Shown here one piece after another: positions 47,360-56,373 of a DNA stretch of 64,000 bases. The notes below the pieces were generated by a model. The model saw nothing but the letters and a program-made list of their open reading frames with translations. It was not told the DNA's origin and made no database searches. Position 1 is the first letter of the stretch, and the number at the start of each line of letters is the position of its first letter. The stretch lies in NCBI GenBank assembly GCA_964406525.1, contig CAYOSC010000001.1, positions 1,174 to 65,173 of the forward strand, written 5' to 3'. Origin of the DNA: an uncultured Candidatus Saccharibacteria bacterium. Its GTDB lineage: Bacteria; Patescibacteriota; Saccharimonadia; Saccharimonadales; Saccharimonadaceae. Both the position numbers and the translations under genes were made by a program.

Positions 47360-47387
47360 TATATGAATCCACAAAAGGAGGGCGATC

Positions 47388-49202
47388 ATGCACTACAAGA
47401 AATGTAAACTTCATAAGCTACATAGTATTCCGATAGGCTTATGTAAGAAAGCATGTTCCTTAATCCGCTTTTCCTCAGGACGCGTTCCTCGAACCCGTCG
47501 TCACGGGTCTCGGCCGCTCATTCTCGGTCGTGACCTCCGAAAGCCTTCGGAAAAGGTATTAAAGGAACATAGCAACTTTTCTACAAAAAGATTGTATTTA
47601 GTTTCTTATAGTATTCCTCTAAGTTGTATGGTCGTTCTCCTTTTGGGACTTGGTGTGATGGTTAATCCAGAATTATTCTTAGTAGATAAGAGTAGTGCCA
47701 TCACGATACAGGATGAATGGGTGGTTAAGAAAAATAGTTCTAGCTCTGGTTATTCTGCTGGTGTTGAAGATGAGAATGATAGTGGCTCTAATGCAGTCGA
47801 AAATGCCGATTCGATCGATGATAGCTTCGGTGGCTTCGGAGGAGATAAAGTAGAACTCTCACAAGAAGATACTGATGCAGGAATAAGCTTACAATCAATA
47901 GTGCCTGCTCCTACCTTAGCCATTACGGTTAGTAATAGTAATCAAACTATTGATGCCGTACAAGGTGGTAATACAGTATATGGCAGTTACAATGTAGGTA
48001 TTACTGGTAGTAATGTAAAAGATTATACCTTAAGTATTAAAGCTGATGCAGTGAATCTAGTATCACCTAGTCAGGCTAGTACTCCTACTACGGTAACTGG
48101 AGCAGGTGGTAAAACTGGCGATAGTATGACTGCTAATACTTGGGGGTATAAGCTTACAGAAACTAGTACAGCAGAATCTAGTTATGGCACACTTAACTAT
48201 GCTAGCCTACCTACTACACTTACACAAATAGCTAATGGTACAGTAGCTTCTCCGTATAACTTATCTGCTAATAAGAAGTTAGTCTTTGCTGCGAAGTTTT
48301 CTGATACAGCTGCTCCTGGTACTTATAAAGGGCATATTACATTAAGTGCCGTAGCTAATCAGGCAGTAGTAGGAGCCATATGGTCTAGTGGGGTTGATTC
48401 TGGCATTACGGATATGCAGGATGTAAGCTCAGGGTTTTGCAGGAACAATAGTAAGATAGCAACGGGCGACACAATTGAGTTGAAGGATAACCGTGATGAT
48501 ACCACTTACACAATAGTAAAGCTGGGGGATAAATGTTGGATGGGACAGAACTTAAGCTTAACTGGGCCAAAGACTCTAGCCTCAGGAGATAGTGATTTTC
48601 CCTCAGGTATGACTTGGGATTTACCAGCAAGTGTTGGCTCAGGTGGAACTAATACTAATAATGTCAATACGAGTAATACCTGGGATACAAGTAACTATAA
48701 CGTAATCCAAATCCGTACTGGTAGTACCAATTTATCTACCAGCTGGAAGAGTGGCTATGGTAATTACTATTCTTGGCCAGCAGCCACGGCAGGAACTGGA
48801 ACTACATCAGTTACTAGTGCTGACGCTTCTGCGAGTATTTGTCCAAAAGGATGGAAACTACCGCCAAACTCTGGTGCAGATTCTTATACAACTTTGACTG
48901 GTACGAAGAGTAGTTGGACAACAGCAACTTTTAATGGTAATTCCGGTGTATATGGTTATTACCTTGGATCGACAGCTACCAATATTTACAAAGGTGCTAA
49001 CTTCTGGCCTGCCGCCGGCGGCGTCTACCAGACTAGTGGCGCACTCGGCGATGCAGGCTCCTACGGCTACTATTGGTCCCGTACTGCCTACTCCAATAGT
49101 AGCTACGCCTACCGCCTGCTCTTCAGTAGCTCCGGTGTGTACCCCACGAGCGACGCCAGTCGCTTCTACGGTTACTCCGTGCGGTGCGTCGCCACGTATT
49201 AA
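47388..49202 (+). CDS. Secreted FISUMP-domain protein (paralog of 18610..19926, domain order permuted); the N-terminal region contains an in-frame repeat-element insertion
   Basis: The ATG follows AAAAGGAGGG, the same RBS as the paralog. Signal-like LSCMVVLLLGLGVMV. C-terminal ELKDNRDDTTYTIVKLGDKCWMGQNL, YYSWPAATAG, ICPKGWKLPPNSG, YYWSRT and YSVRCV. Confidence 0.7.
   Translation: MHYKKCKLHKLHSIPIGLCKKACSLIRFSSGRVPRTRRHGSRPLILGRDLRKPSEKVLKEHSNFSTKRLYLVSYSIPLSCMVVLLLGLGVMVNPELFLVDKSSAITIQDEWVVKKNSSSSGYSAGVEDENDSGSNAVENADSIDDSFGGFGGDKVELSQEDTDAGISLQSIVPAPTLAITVSNSNQTIDAVQGGNTVYGSYNVGITGSNVKDYTLSIKADAVNLVSPSQASTPTTVTGAGGKTGDSMTANTWGYKLTETSTAESSYGTLNYASLPTTLTQIANGTVASPYNLSANKKLVFAAKFSDTAAPGTYKGHITLSAVANQAVVGAIWSSGVDSGITDMQDVSSGFCRNNSKIATGDTIELKDNRDDTTYTIVKLGDKCWMGQNLSLTGPKTLASGDSDFPSGMTWDLPASVGSGGTNTNNVNTSNTWDTSNYNVIQIRTGSTNLSTSWKSGYGNYYSWPAATAGTGTTSVTSADASASICPKGWKLPPNSGADSYTTLTGTKSSWTTATFNGNSGVYGYYLGSTATNIYKGANFWPAAGGVYQTSGALGDAGSYGYYWSRTAYSNSSYAYRLLFSSSGVYPTSDASRFYGYSVRCVATY
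47453..47570. repeat. Palindromic structured repeat element, copy C (inside the CDS, in frame)
   Basis: Outer arms atgttcctt-aat / attaaaggaacat. The core is homologous to copies A and B, with compensatory changes in the closing stem. Confidence 0.75.
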
Positions 49203-49380
49203 TAATAGTGGAATCCTTTTACAAAAGGTGTCCAACATTCAAAATGTAGTTTTATTTTTCCTAAAAAGTGCGGTTTTTAGGAGAGAACTGCTTACTACAG
49301 TTATTAAATGTAAGTCCGAATAAAAATCAGCAAAATTGTCTGGTTTTTGCATTCCTCCTCATTTTCCTAGATTGTCTACA

Positions 49381-49408
49381 AAAAAGAGCCCCAGATGAGG
49401 CTCTTTTT
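49381..49408 (+). terminator. Rho-independent terminator (bidirectional shape)
   Basis: aaaaagagcc-ccagatga-ggctcttttt. Confidence 0.65.
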
Positions 49409-49475
49409 GCCAGAACAAGTTTTGTCTATTCCTTCGTGTTTCTTTTTCTCTACAAGAAGAACATCGTACCTGGGT

Positions 49476-49499
49476 AAAAGAAAGGCCCCTAGTGGGGCT
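49476..49499 (-). terminator. Rho-independent terminator after fusA
   Basis: Stem ggcccc/ggggct with loop tagt. Minus-strand T-rich run tttctttt. Confidence 0.65.
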
Positions 49500-49505
49500 C
49501 TTCTT

Positions 49506-51608
49506 TTATTCCTTCGTGTTCCTCTTCTCGATAATTTCGGCAGCGACGTTTGGTGGTACTTCCTCGTAACCGTTGAGCTCCATCGAGCTAACGGCACGAC
49601 CTTGCGACATCGAGCGCAAGTCGGAAGTGTAGCCGAAGAGATTCGCGAGCGGAGCGAAAGCTTTGATCAGCTTAGCACCGCCGGTGAGATCTTCCATGCT
49701 ATCGATACGGCCGCGGCGAGCATTGACATCGCCGATTACATCGCCCATGAACTCTTCTGGAGTGGTGATCTCCATCTTCATGATCGGCTCGAGCAAGACC
49801 GGCTGAGCTTTCTTGATACCTTCGCGAGTAGCGAGGCTACCGGCAAGCTTAAAGGCGAGCTCGGAGGAGTCGACGTCGTGGTAGCTACCATCGTAGAGTG
49901 TAGCCTTGACATCGACGACTGGGTAGCCGGCGATGACACCGCCGTTCAAAGTTTCTTCGATACCCTGCTGGACCGGCTTGCGATACTCCTGAGGAACCAC
50001 ACCACCCTTAATCTGGTCGATAAATTCGAAGCCTTTGCCAGTTTCATTCGGCTCAAACTTCACCCAGACGTCACCATACTGACCACGACCACCGGACTGT
50101 TTGATATGCTTACCCTGAGCCTCAGCCGTGCCGCGAATCGTCTCGCGGTAGGCAACCTGAGGAGCGCCAGTGTTCGCTTCGACACCGTGCTCCTTATTGA
50201 GACGGTCGATGGCGATCTCGAGATGGAGCTCGCCCATGCCAGAGATAATGGTCTGGCCGGTCTCTTCATCGGTGTGGACGCGGAGAGTTGGGTCTTCCTC
50301 GACGAGCTTTTGCAGGCCGAGACCCATTTTCTCTTGGTCGGACTTAGTCTTCGGCTCGACGGCGATCGAGACAGGTGGATCTGGGAACTTAATATCCTCG
50401 AGATGAATCGGATGAGCTGGATCGCAAATCGTAGTACCGGTAGTAACGTCTTTCATGCCGACCACGGCGGCGATATCGCCAGCAGTAATCTCGGAGATCT
50501 CTTCGCGCTTATCCGCGAACATGCGGACGAGACGACCGACGCGCTCCTTATCGCCAGTAGTAGCGTTCAAGACAGTGCTACCAGAGGTCATTTTACCAGC
50601 ATAGACACGGACGAAGATTAATTTGCCTACGAATGGATCGGTTGCGATCTTGAAAGCGAGTGCAGTGAGTGGCTCACTGTCGCTAGCCTTGCGGACGACT
50701 TCATTACCAGTCTTCGGGTCGATACCGACGGTCTGACCTTGGTCGCGATCGAGCGGAGATGGCAGATAATCAGCGACGAGATCGAGCACCTTCTCGACGA
50801 TCACACCACGGCCATCACCACCGGTGACGAGGAAGAAATCACCGTCAAGAACACGCTTACGCAGAGCGGCCTTTAGCTCTACCTCGGTAATTGAGTCTTC
50901 ACCTTGGTTGAAGAACTTGTCCATGAGAGCTTCATCAGCCTGGACGGCTTCCTCGACGAGAAGCGAGCGAGCGTTCTTGGCCTTCTCGAGCATATCGGCT
51001 GGGATCTCGCCGACGGTCAGCTCGTGATCGGCGTAGTCTTTGTAAGTGTAAGCCTTCATATCGATGAGGTCGACGACACCGCAGATGTCTTTCTCGAAGC
51101 CAATCGGCAGATGAATCGCCACGGCGTTTTTCGACAAACGCTTATGGATACTATCGAGGGACTTATAGAAGTCGCCACCGATCTGATTAATCTTGTTCAC
51201 GAAACAGATGCGAGGCACACCATATTTGGTAGCCTGACGCCAAACGGTCTCAGACTGAGCTTCTACGCCCATTTTACCATCGAAGACAACCACCGCGCCA
51301 TCGAGCACGCGGAGCGAGCGCTCCACCTCGGCGGTAAAGTCGATGTGGCCCGGGGTGTCGATAATATTAATCTTGTGCCCCTTCCAGTAAGCCGTGACCG
51401 CTGCGGAAGTAATCGTAATACCGCGTTCGCGCTCCTGTTCCATCCAGTCGGTAGTAGCACCACCGGTACCACCCTTCACCAGGTCGATCTTGTGCTTGAG
51501 GCCGGTACGATAGAGAATCGCTTCGGTCGTAGTAGTTTTACCCGCGTCAATATGGGCAATAATACCGATATTGCGGAGCTTTGATAGGTCTTTGACTTCG
51601 TTTGCCAT
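49506..51608 (-). CDS. fusA: Elongation factor G
   Basis: 700 aa. [17 protein letters not shown] and NKID-type (VNKIN) GTPase motifs. Domains II-V are conserved. Confidence 0.97.
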   Translation of the reverse strand: MANEVKDLSKLRNIGIIAHIDAGKTTTTEAILYRTGLKHKIDLVKGGTGGATTDWMEQERERGITITSAAVTAYWKGHKINIIDTPGHIDFTAEVERSLRVLDGAVVVFDGKMGVEAQSETVWRQATKYGVPRICFVNKINQIGGDFYKSLDSIHKRLSKNAVAIHLPIGFEKDICGVVDLIDMKAYTYKDYADHELTVGEIPADMLEKAKNARSLLVEEAVQADEALMDKFFNQGEDSITEVELKAALRKRVLDGDFFLVTGGDGRGVIVEKVLDLVADYLPSPLDRDQGQTVGIDPKTGNEVVRKASDSEPLTALAFKIATDPFVGKLIFVRVYAGKMTSGSTVLNATTGDKERVGRLVRMFADKREEISEITAGDIAAVVGMKDVTTGTTICDPAHPIHLEDIKFPDPPVSIAVEPKTKSDQEKMGLGLQKLVEEDPTLRVHTDEETGQTIISGMGELHLEIAIDRLNKEHGVEANTGAPQVAYRETIRGTAEAQGKHIKQSGGRGQYGDVWVKFEPNETGKGFEFIDQIKGGVVPQEYRKPVQQGIEETLNGGVIAGYPVVDVKATLYDGSYHDVDSSELAFKLAGSLATREGIKKAQPVLLEPIMKMEITTPEEFMGDVIGDVNARRGRIDSMEDLTGGAKLIKAFAPLANLFGYTSDLRSMSQGRAVSSMELNGYEEVPPNVAAEIIEKRNTKE

Positions 51609-51810
51609 TCTAGTTCCTTTTGATGATTATATTGTGCTAACTTTCTGGGGAAAATGCGCATATATATTATATGAACGCGCAAAACTCCTCCGAGAAGATA
51701 GACTTTTCTTTATTTTAGCATAAAATCGCGGAAAATGGTAGGATTTTGTTACTGTATCTTTATGATTATGACAATTTATGGTAGATATGGCAAGTTTATG
51801 CCGTAAATGC

Positions 51811-51839
51811 TTGACATTTTTGATAAAGTGTGCTACAAT
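51811..51839 (+). promoter_or_regulatory. Consensus-like sigma-70 promoter (TTGACA-N17-TACAAT)
   Basis: -35 at 51811..51816 and -10 at 51834..51839. It is ~75 nt upstream of the ATG at 51915, which follows GAGGAGG. Confidence 0.65.
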
Positions 51840-51914
51840 GAAAGTGTAGGCATGTAGCCTAGTCCTTGTCAGTTTGTCAAAGTTCGTAAAATATATTATG
51901 AGGAGGATTTCTCA

Positions 51915-52712
51915 ATGGCAGAAACATCCAAGATAGCTGAAATGACCTGTACGACAAAAACGACTGCAGCGGCCCAAACAGCCGCCGATACGGTCGAAAT
52001 GGCTCAAACGGACGAAGCAACCGAGACGGTTCAGACAACCGAAATAGCCGAGAAGGCGAAGAAGCCGGATTGGACGGCGATAATCGTGTTCGCGGCGATC
52101 GCAGTGTTGTTCATGATGCTGCTGATTGCGTTGGCGCATCAAGCATCAACGATCAGCTCGACGACGGACCCCGATCCTGATACCGAGGCACGGATTGCCG
52201 AAGCACGCGCGACGGGCGATCGCTATACGCTGATGCTGTACGCGGATGGCACCGAGAATTTCCCGATGGATGTCGAGAAAGAAATCGGCGACGAATACAT
52301 CCGACGGATCGAATTCCAGTATAGTGAGCCCCTGGATGATGGAAAGCACTATGTGCGGACGGTTTTCTACCTCGGAGAAGAGGAAGAGACATACGGTGGA
52401 TATGGCGAGCTCTGGGTCAATTCTGAGTACGATGGCGAGCAAAATCCTTTGCTACGGCCGGAGGTCGCGGATTACGACCCGTTGGAAGATCTGGGACTTT
52501 CCCTGTCGGACCTCTTCGCACAGGCGAGAACAGACGTTTCAGGATTGCCGAACGGCATCTTCTACGGCGCCGACTATCCGGATTCGATTGGCGTGAAAAC
52601 GTCCTACGACCAGAATACCATCATCTACTTCTACACGGAGCAGAAAGGCAAAGCCGCTGCGGTCATGTTTGACTGGAGTACGAATCTCACCCATGCCGCA
52701 TTTTACGACTGA
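51915..52712 (+). CDS. Single-pass membrane protein with a Thr/Ala/Glu-rich N-terminus, function unknown; more G+C-rich than its neighbours
   Basis: 265-aa ORF with a strong RBS, promoter and terminator. TM helix WTAIIVFAAIAVLFMMLLIALA. No motif recognised. Confidence 0.5.
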   Translation: MAETSKIAEMTCTTKTTAAAQTAADTVEMAQTDEATETVQTTEIAEKAKKPDWTAIIVFAAIAVLFMMLLIALAHQASTISSTTDPDPDTEARIAEARATGDRYTLMLYADGTENFPMDVEKEIGDEYIRRIEFQYSEPLDDGKHYVRTVFYLGEEEETYGGYGELWVNSEYDGEQNPLLRPEVADYDPLEDLGLSLSDLFAQARTDVSGLPNGIFYGADYPDSIGVKTSYDQNTIIYFYTEQKGKAAAVMFDWSTNLTHAAFYD

Positions 52713-52731
52713 TCCGACAAGCACGACGAAT

Positions 52732-52756
52732 GGCCGCTCGAGAGGGCGGTCTTTTT
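52732..52756 (+). terminator. Rho-independent terminator
   Basis: Stem ggccgctc/gggcggtc with loop gaga, then ttttt. Confidence 0.6.
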
Positions 52757-52805
52757 CGTGGAGAGGGCTGATGGGGCTGGGTGAAGCAACTGTTTAGTGA
52801 TGATT

Positions 52806-54515
52806 TTAGGCTAGAGGTTTCTTATCGCTACTGATAATATAGAGGCGGTTTTTCGCACGGGTGAGGGCGACGTAAAGCAAGCGGTGCTGATCGGCTTTCT
52901 CGGCGGCGAGAGTATCGCCGAAGAGCTCGAAAATCGTTGCGTGGGGATGAGTAGAGAGGACTTGCTCGCGGTTGAGCTCGAGCAGGATGACGATTTCCGA
53001 CTCGAGGCCCTTCGACTTGTGCATGGTCATGGCGCGGATACGCGAGTCAAATTCTGCCTCAGTCAGAATCCGTTGCGCAAGCAAGGTATTACGCAGAGCA
53101 GCGACGAAATTCTCCAGCGTGACGTTCGGAAAAGAAGTGAAATTATGGCGATGCAATAGTAGGATCTGGGCGCGACGGTGTTTCTTGATGATTTTGAAAA
53201 GGGTTTTGAGATACTGAGCGGCCGCAGCGTACTGCGCGGGCGCACCACCACAGACGCTGGCAAGAGCCTGGAGAAACTGAGCGTCGCCGAGGGCGTCTTC
53301 GTAGAGGTCGCTGGTGTCGAACTTGGTTTTGTCGGGATTGATGCGGTAGATTTTGCCAGATTTCTTACTGAAAGGGATGGCTTTCTTGGCTTTGGGATTA
53401 TAATTTTTCAGCATGTAGCGGTTTGCGTTCTCGACGATGCGCTTGTCGCTGCGATAGTTCGTCATGAGTGGAATATTTGTAGTGTCCTCGGGGAAGAAGT
53501 TGGTGAAATCGATAAAATAGTTCACATCCGAGCCGGCGAAACGGTTGATCGCCTGCCAATCGTCGCCGACCGCGAAGAGATGTGCGGCGGGGCAGTTTTG
53601 ACGGATGGCCTGGATGATATTGAAGAAAAGGTAGGAGAAATCTTGATATTCGTCGACCATGATGTATTTGAGACGGGCGAGACGAGCGAACTGCTGGCCG
53701 CCGTCTGTCAGGATCCGGGTGGCGCGAGCCATTAGGATATTAAAGTCGATTTGGGGGAAATTGAGCGACAGTAAATATTCTTGATAGGCGGCGAGACAAA
53801 CCTGGTGGAGATGGATACGCTGCAAATATTGATCATCAGCTCGGTGTTGCGTAATATAATCATGAACGTCCTGGCAGAGATCGGTGAGGCCGCGCTCACC
53901 GACATATTTCTGGCCGGCACGGGCGATAAAACTATTGGCGAGGCGGAGGGTCTCGGTATATTCTTGCGGAGAAACCTTGCGCCCAGATTCGGCGAGGACT
54001 TTGCGGACGGAACGTTTGACAATCGCGTCATGGTCAGCTTCGGAAATCAGCTGCGGCTGCTCGCCAGCTTGTTTCACAATGTCCAGAGCGAACTTATGAA
54101 AAGTCGAGGCGACCTGGATCCGCTCGCGGTGGCAGAAGTCTTTCAGTGGCAAGCCATCGATCTCGACCGCGCCGATCCGCTCATTAACTTCGGCAGCGGC
54201 AGTACGGTTGAACATGAAGACCTTGATCTCGTCAATCTGGAGCTGGCGGCTAGCGATGAGATAGGCGACCTTAGCGACGATGACGCGGGTCTTGCCGGAG
54301 CCAGCGCGAGCGGTGACGAGAGTATTCTTATGATGATCAAAGACGGCGCGAGCTTGGTCGAGGTCGAGAGTGTAGGGCTTACCGCCGAGGCTAATGTGAG
54401 ACTCGAACCAAGTCTTGAAAGCCGTGAGATCAGGAAAAGTGAGCAGTGACGAAGATTTATCCGAATTGGCTCGATGGGTGCTGATAGTTCCTTGGTGGCG
54501 ATGCGGAGAGGTCAT
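52806..54515 (-). CDS. UvrD/Rep/helicase IV-like SF1 DNA helicase
   Basis: 569 aa. ARAGSGKTR (motif I), MVDEYQDFS, and MTMHKSKGLESEIVILL...YVALTRAKNRLYI. Confidence 0.8.
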   Translation of the reverse strand: MTSPHRHQGTISTHRANSDKSSSLLTFPDLTAFKTWFESHISLGGKPYTLDLDQARAVFDHHKNTLVTARAGSGKTRVIVAKVAYLIASRQLQIDEIKVFMFNRTAAAEVNERIGAVEIDGLPLKDFCHRERIQVASTFHKFALDIVKQAGEQPQLISEADHDAIVKRSVRKVLAESGRKVSPQEYTETLRLANSFIARAGQKYVGERGLTDLCQDVHDYITQHRADDQYLQRIHLHQVCLAAYQEYLLSLNFPQIDFNILMARATRILTDGGQQFARLARLKYIMVDEYQDFSYLFFNIIQAIRQNCPAAHLFAVGDDWQAINRFAGSDVNYFIDFTNFFPEDTTNIPLMTNYRSDKRIVENANRYMLKNYNPKAKKAIPFSKKSGKIYRINPDKTKFDTSDLYEDALGDAQFLQALASVCGGAPAQYAAAAQYLKTLFKIIKKHRRAQILLLHRHNFTSFPNVTLENFVAALRNTLLAQRILTEAEFDSRIRAMTMHKSKGLESEIVILLELNREQVLSTHPHATIFELFGDTLAAEKADQHRLLYVALTRAKNRLYIISSDKKPLA

Positions 54516-54525
54516 TCGGCGCGAG

Positions 54526-55953
54526 CTATTTTAGCTTAGCTCGGAGAATCTCTTGGGCGGCAGACGGGTTGGCTTTGCCCTTGGACTCTTTCATGACTTG
54601 GCCGACGAGGAAGCCGATGACTTTTTCTTGACCGGCTTTGAAATCAGCTTGAGCTTGCTGAGTCTCGGGCTTCGCTAGGACGGCATCGACGATCGCTTCG
54701 AGCGCGCCGAGATCATTTTCCTGGACGACACCGAGTTCCTTCGCGATAATACGAGTATCCTTGTGATGCATCTCGGGGTCGAAGAACTTAATGAAGACTT
54801 CTTTCATGCCAGTACTAGAGAGTTCATTCGCATCATTCATGGCGACCAGCTCGAGTAGCTGCGCTTGGCTCGGGAGCTCATCATTGAGCATGCTAGAATT
54901 TTCCTCAGCCAGCAAGACGGACGAGAAGAGATTGGCGATTTTCTTCACAGCGGCAGGATTTTCGAGCTCGGCTAACTTCCCCATCAGCTGCGGGTAATCT
55001 AGCAAAGTCTCGAGTGTATCATTATTTAGAACATCGCGAAATGCTTGACGATACCAAGATGGAAGTTTCGGGAGAGCTGCGCGCTCTTCGTCAACGACAG
55101 CAGCAGAGAGTTTGATTGGCGGAATATCCGGCTCGGGCATATAGCGGTAATCTTGAGCGGCTTCCTTGCTGCGCTGGGAGGTAGTCTCACCAGTGGCGTC
55201 ACTCCAGCCGCGCGTCTCTTGAACGACTTTTTCGCCCTTGTCGAGGAGCTTAGCTTGACGCTTAATCTCGTACTCGACGGCGCGCTCGACACTACGGAAA
55301 GAATTGAGGTTCTTGACTTCGGCGCGGGTGCCGAGCTCAGTGCTGCCTTCCGGCGCGATACTAATATTGACATCGAAACGCATATTACCATTGTAGAGAT
55401 CGCCAAAAGTAACTTCGGCATAAGTCATCAGGCGCCAGAGCTCCTTCACATATTCGCGAGCTTCGACGGCAGAGTGAATATCGGGCATGGAAACGATTTC
55501 GACCAACGGAGTGCCAGCGCGGTTCAGATCAACTAACGAATCACCATTTTCATGGCTGAGCTTACCGGCGTCTTCTTCGAGATGCGCATGTTCGATGCGG
55601 ACTTTACTGCCGCTCGGTAGCTCGACGTAGCCTGCGCCAATGATCGGGTGGAATAATTGGGTGATTTGATAGCCCTTCGGGAGATCAGGATAGAAATAGT
55701 GCTTGCGGTCGAAACGACTCTCGAGATTGATCGTGGAATTAAGCGCTAGGCCAGCGCGCACAGCGTATCTAACTGCAGCTTGATTTAATCTTGGGAGCAT
55801 ACCGGGTAAGCCGTAGTCGACTGGCGAGACGCAAGAGTTCGGCTCTTTGCCGCGGGCATCATTATCAACTTCTGAGAAAAGTTTGGTCTTCGTGCAGAGC
55901 TGCACATGGCACTCGATGCCGATAGTTGGAATATATTTCACTGAATTAGCCAT
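54526..55953 (-). CDS. gatB: Asp/Glu-tRNA(Asn/Gln) amidotransferase subunit B
   Basis: 475 aa. IGIECHVQL, DLNRAG.PL.EIV and a C-terminal YqeY-like tail. Confidence 0.95.
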   Translation of the reverse strand: MANSVKYIPTIGIECHVQLCTKTKLFSEVDNDARGKEPNSCVSPVDYGLPGMLPRLNQAAVRYAVRAGLALNSTINLESRFDRKHYFYPDLPKGYQITQLFHPIIGAGYVELPSGSKVRIEHAHLEEDAGKLSHENGDSLVDLNRAGTPLVEIVSMPDIHSAVEAREYVKELWRLMTYAEVTFGDLYNGNMRFDVNISIAPEGSTELGTRAEVKNLNSFRSVERAVEYEIKRQAKLLDKGEKVVQETRGWSDATGETTSQRSKEAAQDYRYMPEPDIPPIKLSAAVVDEERAALPKLPSWYRQAFRDVLNNDTLETLLDYPQLMGKLAELENPAAVKKIANLFSSVLLAEENSSMLNDELPSQAQLLELVAMNDANELSSTGMKEVFIKFFDPEMHHKDTRIIAKELGVVQENDLGALEAIVDAVLAKPETQQAQADFKAGQEKVIGFLVGQVMKESKGKANPSAAQEILRAKLK

Positions 55954-56373
55954 TTAGATTGCTCCTAAGTTTTTTAATGCCTGCCGGAAAGTGCGCAAAG
56001 CTTGGCGAGCCTGCTCATATTCGACGTTGAAGTCGGTCTCGTGGACGATCTGATTGCGCAGGCGGTGTGCGTGCCAGACGTGATTCAGCTCGGGCATGCG
56101 ATCGCCGAGTTTTTTGAGCTTGTCGCCCATAGTCTTGCCGGGTACGCCCATCTCGGTCAGGGCTTTATCCAGCAACTTATCCGCCTCGAGCACGGCGAAG
56201 TTATAACTGCGCCGGTCGCCCTGCTCCATACTGTTCTCGATCTTGAGCCAACGGGTCTGATATTCGTGTTTATTAAACTCATGACGACGCTTACCGCTCA
56301 GGATCATCGCGACGAGCGCGAGTAGAGCTACAGCAATAATTGCAATCGCTAAGAAAACTACTTGTGGCCACAT
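55954..56373 (-). CDS. TM-anchored small protein with an RNxxxH (HEPN/DUF4145-like) motif
   Basis: 139 aa. N-terminal TM helix, then ...AVLEADKLLDKAL...HAHRLRNQIVHE.... It abuts the gatA stop and the gatB start with zero spacing. Confidence 0.5.
   Translation of the reverse strand: MWPQVVFLAIAIIAVALLALVAMILSGKRRHEFNKHEYQTRWLKIENSMEQGDRRSYNFAVLEADKLLDKALTEMGVPGKTMGDKLKKLGDRMPELNHVWHAHRLRNQIVHETDFNVEYEQARQALRTFRQALKNLGAI

Noticed and set aside
49395-50621. 408-aa + strand ORF (with 50904..51584 and other long + strand ORFs) inside fusA
   Set aside because: It is antisense to an unambiguous EF-G gene. It has low-complexity, Leu/Asp/Arg-skewed composition and no RBS or motif. It is a typical shadow ORF.
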